Assembly: GCA_949289005.1 (NCBI GenBank)
Contig: CASEMQ010000007.1
Span: 73,295 to 137,294, forward strand
Length of the DNA stretch: 64,000 nucleotides
Reading direction: 5' to 3'
Source of the DNA: an uncultured Lentisphaeraceae bacterium
GTDB taxonomy: Bacteria; Verrucomicrobiota; Kiritimatiellia; RFP12; DVOR01
Below the pieces are notes generated by a model. The model did no database searches and was not told where the DNA came from. It worked only from the letters and a program-made list of their open reading frames with translations. Of the stretch, positions 60,105 through 64,000 are shown piece by piece (position 1 is the first letter of the stretch; each line of letters starts with the position of its first letter). The translations under genes and the position numbers were made by a program.

Positions 60105-60120
60105 TTCCGGGAGGGCGCGC

Positions 60121-60822
60121 ATGAACGAGTGCCTGATCGAGTTGAAGGACTTGCAGAAGTCCTACAAATTGGGGGACGTGGACGTGCCCGTGCTCAAGGG
60201 CATCACGTTGAAGATTCACGAGGGGACGTTGCTGGCGTTGATGGGCCCCTCGGGCGGCGGCAAGTCCACGCTCATGAACATCCTGGGCTTTCTGGACACG
60301 CCGACGGGCGGGCAGTATCTGTTGGACGGGCGGGACGTGACGACGCTCTCGGCGAACGAGCGCGCGGATTTGCGCAACGCGCGTATCGGCTTCGTCTTTC
60401 AGAACTTCAACCTGCTGGCGCGCACGAGCGCGTTGAAGAACGTGCTCATGCCGTTGGAGTACGCCAAGCGGCGGCGAAGCGCGCGGGAGGAGCGCGCCTG
60501 GGCCGAGAGTTTGTTGCGGCGCGTGGGGCTGGGCGACCGGATGGAGCACCAGCCCTCGCAGATGTCCGGCGGCCAACAGCAACGCGTGGCCATCGCGCGG
60601 GCGTTGGTGAACCGGCCGAAAATCCTCTTTGCCGACGAGCCGACGGGCAACCTGGACTCGAAGACCTCCGAGGAGGTGCTCAAGATGTTTCAGGAGCTGA
60701 ATGAGCAGGAGGGCATTACCATCGTGTTGGTGACGCATTCGCCCGAGGTGGGCGCCTTCGCCAAGGAGGCCTACCATATCAAAGACGGCTTGGTCGTGGG
60801 CGGAACGTACGACGAGAAGTGA
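60121..60822 (+). CDS. ABC transporter ATP-binding protein (MacB/LolD type)
   Basis: Walker [10 protein letters not shown], signature MSGGQQQR, Walker B LFADEP. Confidence 0.8.
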   Translation: MNECLIELKDLQKSYKLGDVDVPVLKGITLKIHEGTLLALMGPSGGGKSTLMNILGFLDTPTGGQYLLDGRDVTTLSANERADLRNARIGFVFQNFNLLARTSALKNVLMPLEYAKRRRSAREERAWAESLLRRVGLGDRMEHQPSQMSGGQQQRVAIARALVNRPKILFADEPTGNLDSKTSEEVLKMFQELNEQEGITIVLVTHSPEVGAFAKEAYHIKDGLVVGGTYDEK

Positions 60823-60830
60823 GGGGCGCC

Positions 60831-62207
60831 ATGTTTTTGCTTTCGCAAATCGCTTCCGCGTTTGTTTCGTTGCGCCGCAACGTGTTGCGCTCGCTGCTCA
60901 CGATGCTGGGGATTGTCATCGGCGTGGGCGTGGTAATCACGATGATGGAAATCGGCGCGGGTGCCTCGGAGTCCATCAAGGCCTCCATCTCCAATATGGG
61001 CACCAACGTGATGATGATCTGGCCGTGGGCCGTCCGTACCGCGGGCGTCAGCTCCGGGTCCGGAGGCTCGGTGCGCCTTACCGAGCAGGATTGTGCCGCC
61101 ATCGAGGCGGAATGTCTCTCGGTGGAGGCCGTGACGCCCTCGCTTTCGCGGCGCGGCATCCAGGCCGTGGCGGGCAACCGTAACTGGACGCCCTTCACGG
61201 TCTATTCCGGCAACGAGAAGTATTTCACCGTGCAATCGTGGAAGACGCCCGTGAGCGGGCGTTACTTCACCAAGCGCGAGGTGGACGTGGCCGCGTGCGT
61301 CGCCGTGATTGGGCAAACCGTCAAGCGCGAGCTTTTCCCAGACACGGATCCCGTGGGCAAGGACATTCAGCTGCGCGGCGTGCTCTTTCGCGTCATCGGC
61401 GTGTTGCCCGTCAAGGGTGCGAACATGATGGGTATGGATCAGGACGACACGGTCATCGTGCCGTGGACGACGATGCGCCAGCGCCTCTCCAATTCCGGCG
61501 GTTCGGCCACGGGTTCCTCGGGCTCGTCCTCCAATTCCTCGGAGACGACCTCCGACACGAGCGACGTCTACCCCTCTTCCTCGGCCTCCATTTATCCCGC
61601 GCGCGATTCCGTCCAGGCGCAGAACTATCCGCTCCCCGTTCGTTTCCGCAATGTCAACCAAATCACCGTCTCGGCCAAGACGCCCGAGCAGGTGCCCGAC
61701 GCCATCGAGCAAATCACGCAGGTGCTTCGCCGCCGTCACGGCATTGAGCCGGGCGAGGAGGACGACTTTGTGATTCGCGATATGTCGGAGATGCTCAAGA
61801 CGATGACCGCCACGAGCGGGCTTATGACCACGTTGCTTCTGATTGTGGCGTTGCTGTCGCTGGTGGTGGGTGGCGTGGGCATCATGAACATCATGCTTGT
61901 GAGCGTGACGGAGCGCACGCGCGAGATTGGCCTGCGCATGGCCGTCGGGGCGCGCGGCAGCCGTATCCTGATGCAATTTCTGACGGAGTCGGTGTTGCTC
62001 TGCCTGTTGGGCGGGTTGGTCGGCATCGCGGTGGGGCGCTGCGCCAGCATGATCATCGCCCACGTGTTGGGGTGGCCCGTGGCGGTGTCGCTGGGCGCCA
62101 TCGTGATCTCGGCGGGCGTCTCGGCGGCCATTGGCGTGGTCTTCGGCTTCTATCCCGCCTGGCGCGCCAGCCGCCTCAACCCCATCGATGCGTTGCGTCA
62201 TGAGTGA
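60831..62207 (+). CDS. ABC transporter permease, MacB/FtsX family with large periplasmic domain
   Basis: ATG at 60831 with SD gagggg; N-terminal TM, about 250 aa periplasmic domain with a Ser-rich linker, C-terminal FtsX 3-TM bundle. Confidence 0.7.
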   Translation: MFLLSQIASAFVSLRRNVLRSLLTMLGIVIGVGVVITMMEIGAGASESIKASISNMGTNVMMIWPWAVRTAGVSSGSGGSVRLTEQDCAAIEAECLSVEAVTPSLSRRGIQAVAGNRNWTPFTVYSGNEKYFTVQSWKTPVSGRYFTKREVDVAACVAVIGQTVKRELFPDTDPVGKDIQLRGVLFRVIGVLPVKGANMMGMDQDDTVIVPWTTMRQRLSNSGGSATGSSGSSSNSSETTSDTSDVYPSSSASIYPARDSVQAQNYPLPVRFRNVNQITVSAKTPEQVPDAIEQITQVLRRRHGIEPGEEDDFVIRDMSEMLKTMTATSGLMTTLLLIVALLSLVVGGVGIMNIMLVSVTERTREIGLRMAVGARGSRILMQFLTESVLLCLLGGLVGIAVGRCASMIIAHVLGWPVAVSLGAIVISAGVSAAIGVVFGFYPAWRASRLNPIDALRHE

Positions 62208-62234
62208 GAACGTGGGAGGTGGCTGACGAAGGCG

Positions 62235-63209
62235 GTGAACAGACGGTTTTTCTTGGCGTCGGCGGCGGGAGCCGCGGCGATGGGGCTGACGGGCATGGCT
62301 CGGGCGGGGAGGGCGGAGACACCGGCCGCCGCGTGGCCGCTTGGCAAGATGGGCGCGTGCGCCTCCGTCACGTTGGAGGGGGAACGCCTGACCGTGCGTA
62401 CGCCCTTGGTGCGCACGGCGTGCCGGCTGACCTTTGTCGGCGATGCGCATTATGCCACGGACGATGCGCGCGGCGAGCTTTACCGACAGTATTCCAAGCG
62501 GATGTCTGGCGGCCCGCGTGACATGGCCGGCCTGCGGAAGGATTTGGAGCGGGTCAAGCGTTCCGGCGGGCAGGCGGCCTTTTTCTTGGGGGATATGCTG
62601 AACTTCCCGAGCGAGGCTGGCGTGGAGCGATTGGCCGCGGTCATCCGTCAGGCGCCCTTGCCTACCCATTATGTCGCGGGGAACCACGATTGGCATTACG
62701 AGGGCTTGCCTGGCGCGGAGGTTGACTTGCGCGCCGAATGGATCAAAAAACGGCTCTTGCCGCTCTATGGCGGACGTGACCCGATGGGTTACGCGGTGCG
62801 TGTGGGCGACGTGAAGGTGGTGCTGGTGGATGATTCCACCTACCGAATGTTGCCCGAGCAAGTGGCCTTCTTGCGCAGGGAGTTGGCCGAGGGCGTGCCC
62901 ACGGTGTTGGGCGTGCATGTCCCGCTTTACGTGCCGTGGCGGCGTGCGGACATTTTCTTTGGCGTGGGGCACCCCGATTGGGATGCCGCGCACGATCCCT
63001 ACTGGGAAATCGAGCGCCGGGAACGGTGGCCCGTGGACGGCCACGACGCCACGACCTATGCTTTTTGGCGCGAGGCGTTTGCCGCGCCCAACTTGCTGGG
63101 CGTGGTGGCAGGGCACATCCACGCGCAAAGCCTCGATTGTTTCCACGGCCGCTTTCAGTTCGTCTTGCCCAAGGCGCAGCCGCGCGAGGTGTGGATAACC
63201 ACCGCGTAA
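62235..63209 (+). CDS. Tat-exported metallophosphoesterase (calcineurin-like)
   Basis: Twin-arginine signal MNRRFFLASAAGAAAMG; GDAHY, GDMLN and GNHDWH metal-binding motifs. Confidence 0.65.
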   Translation: MNRRFFLASAAGAAAMGLTGMARAGRAETPAAAWPLGKMGACASVTLEGERLTVRTPLVRTACRLTFVGDAHYATDDARGELYRQYSKRMSGGPRDMAGLRKDLERVKRSGGQAAFFLGDMLNFPSEAGVERLAAVIRQAPLPTHYVAGNHDWHYEGLPGAEVDLRAEWIKKRLLPLYGGRDPMGYAVRVGDVKVVLVDDSTYRMLPEQVAFLRRELAEGVPTVLGVHVPLYVPWRRADIFFGVGHPDWDAAHDPYWEIERRERWPVDGHDATTYAFWREAFAAPNLLGVVAGHIHAQSLDCFHGRFQFVLPKAQPREVWITTA

Positions 63210-63263
63210 GACTTTTTCGGTATAATACGCCTCCCGATGAACCCCAACCATCGGGAGACGTCT

Positions 63264-64000
63264 ATGCGCAATCGCCGTAGTCTTTTGTTGTCACGCTTCT
63301 TTTTACCGGCGCTGCCCGACTTGATTCGCACGCGGGTGGCGATTGGGTGTTCTTTCTTTATCCAAGGGATGGTCTTCGCCACTTGGTGTGCGCGCATTCC
63401 AGACATCCGCGCCAGCCTGGGGCTCAACGAGGCGCAGCTGGGCACCTTGCTCTTGGCGATTCCCGTGGGGCAATTGGTCTCGATGGCGCCCAACGGCATT
63501 CTGGTGACGCGCTTTGGCAGTCGGCGGATGCTCATCCTCGCGGGCTTCCTCTATCCCTGCATTCTGCTCTTCTTGGGCATCGCGCCGACGGTGTGGGCGC
63601 TGGCAATCGGGCTGTTGGCGGCGGGTTTCGCGGCGAACCTCTCGAACACCGCCGCGAATACGCAGGGCGTGGAGCTGGAGCATTACTACCGCCGCTCGAT
63701 CATCGCCCTCTTCCACGGGATGTGGTCGTTGGCTGGGCTGGTCGCCGTGGTCGTGGCGCTGCTGTTGGCATTGGCCGACGTGCCCACGTGGCTGCACTTT
63801 GCGTTGGTGGCCGGTGGCATGGCGGTGCTTCTCTCGTTCTCGGGCGGGGCGCTGTTGCCCTTCGACCGCCACCCCGCGTCCGACCCTGCCGCGCGCCATT
63901 CGCCGTGGCGGCTCACGCCTTATCTCTTCTGGATTGGCATTTCCGCATTGGGGTGCATGGCCTGTGAAGGTGCCATCTACGACTGGAGCGGCGTCTACTT
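63264..64000 (+). CDS. MFS transporter (3' end outside window)
   Basis: ATG at 63264; hydrophobic multi-TM translation continues to the window edge without a stop. Not in the supplied ORF list because it is open at 64000. Confidence 0.55.
   Translation, partial: MRNRRSLLLSRFFLPALPDLIRTRVAIGCSFFIQGMVFATWCARIPDIRASLGLNEAQLGTLLLAIPVGQLVSMAPNGILVTRFGSRRMLILAGFLYPCILLFLGIAPTVWALAIGLLAAGFAANLSNTAANTQGVELEHYYRRSIIALFHGMWSLAGLVAVVVALLLALADVPTWLHFALVAGGMAVLLSFSGGALLPFDRHPASDPAARHSPWRLTPYLFWIGISALGCMACEGAIYDWSGVY

Overview
This is a gene-dense, high-GC (about 68-70%) bacterial chromosomal segment, called from the sequence and ORF track alone with no database searches. Most of it is housekeeping and biosynthetic operons. 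These include a partial Fe-alcohol dehydrogenase followed by the phosphonate ABC uptake genes phnDCEE, nadA, tsaE, an Nfu-type Fe-S protein, ilvA, an ABC-2 exporter pair, holB-aroQ-plsY-gpsA, purA, uppS, a UvrD/PcrA-type helicase, a UDP-xylose-synthase-like epimerase, metY, murE, a bifunctional Nnr repair enzyme, glnS, dapA-dapB-folK, thiC, a GNAT acetyltransferase, a SWIM-SNF2 helicase, dhaK-dhaL with a class I aldolase, a MacA/MacB-like tripartite efflux set, a Tat-metallophosphoesterase and a partial MFS transporter. A CbiM-type Ni/Co transporter gene is translationally coupled to larB-larC-larE, the nickel-pincer nucleotide cofactor biosynthesis genes, but no larA is in the window. Glycan-foraging genes are interspersed: a Tat-exported sulfatase, a 1250-aa GH2 beta-galactosidase with a C-terminal discoidin domain, and an SGNH/sialate-O-acetylesterase. 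Two tRNAs are present (Leu-TAG on the minus strand, Arg-CCT on the plus strand). The most notable unexplained structure is a dispersed ~190 bp intergenic repeat family with three internal iteron-like tandem units, present four times in both orientations. Other features worth a second look are two low-GC patches (a 1.6 kb unknown gene next to tRNA-Leu and a start-less gene remnant next to one repeat copy), an EIIA(Ntr)-CBS protein encoded directly upstream of a ClC antiporter, and a split DhaK/DhaL kinase clustered with an aldolase, a cupin lipoprotein and a small unknown protein. Many long ORFs in the six-frame track are antisense or out-of-frame artefacts of the GC-rich composition and were not called.
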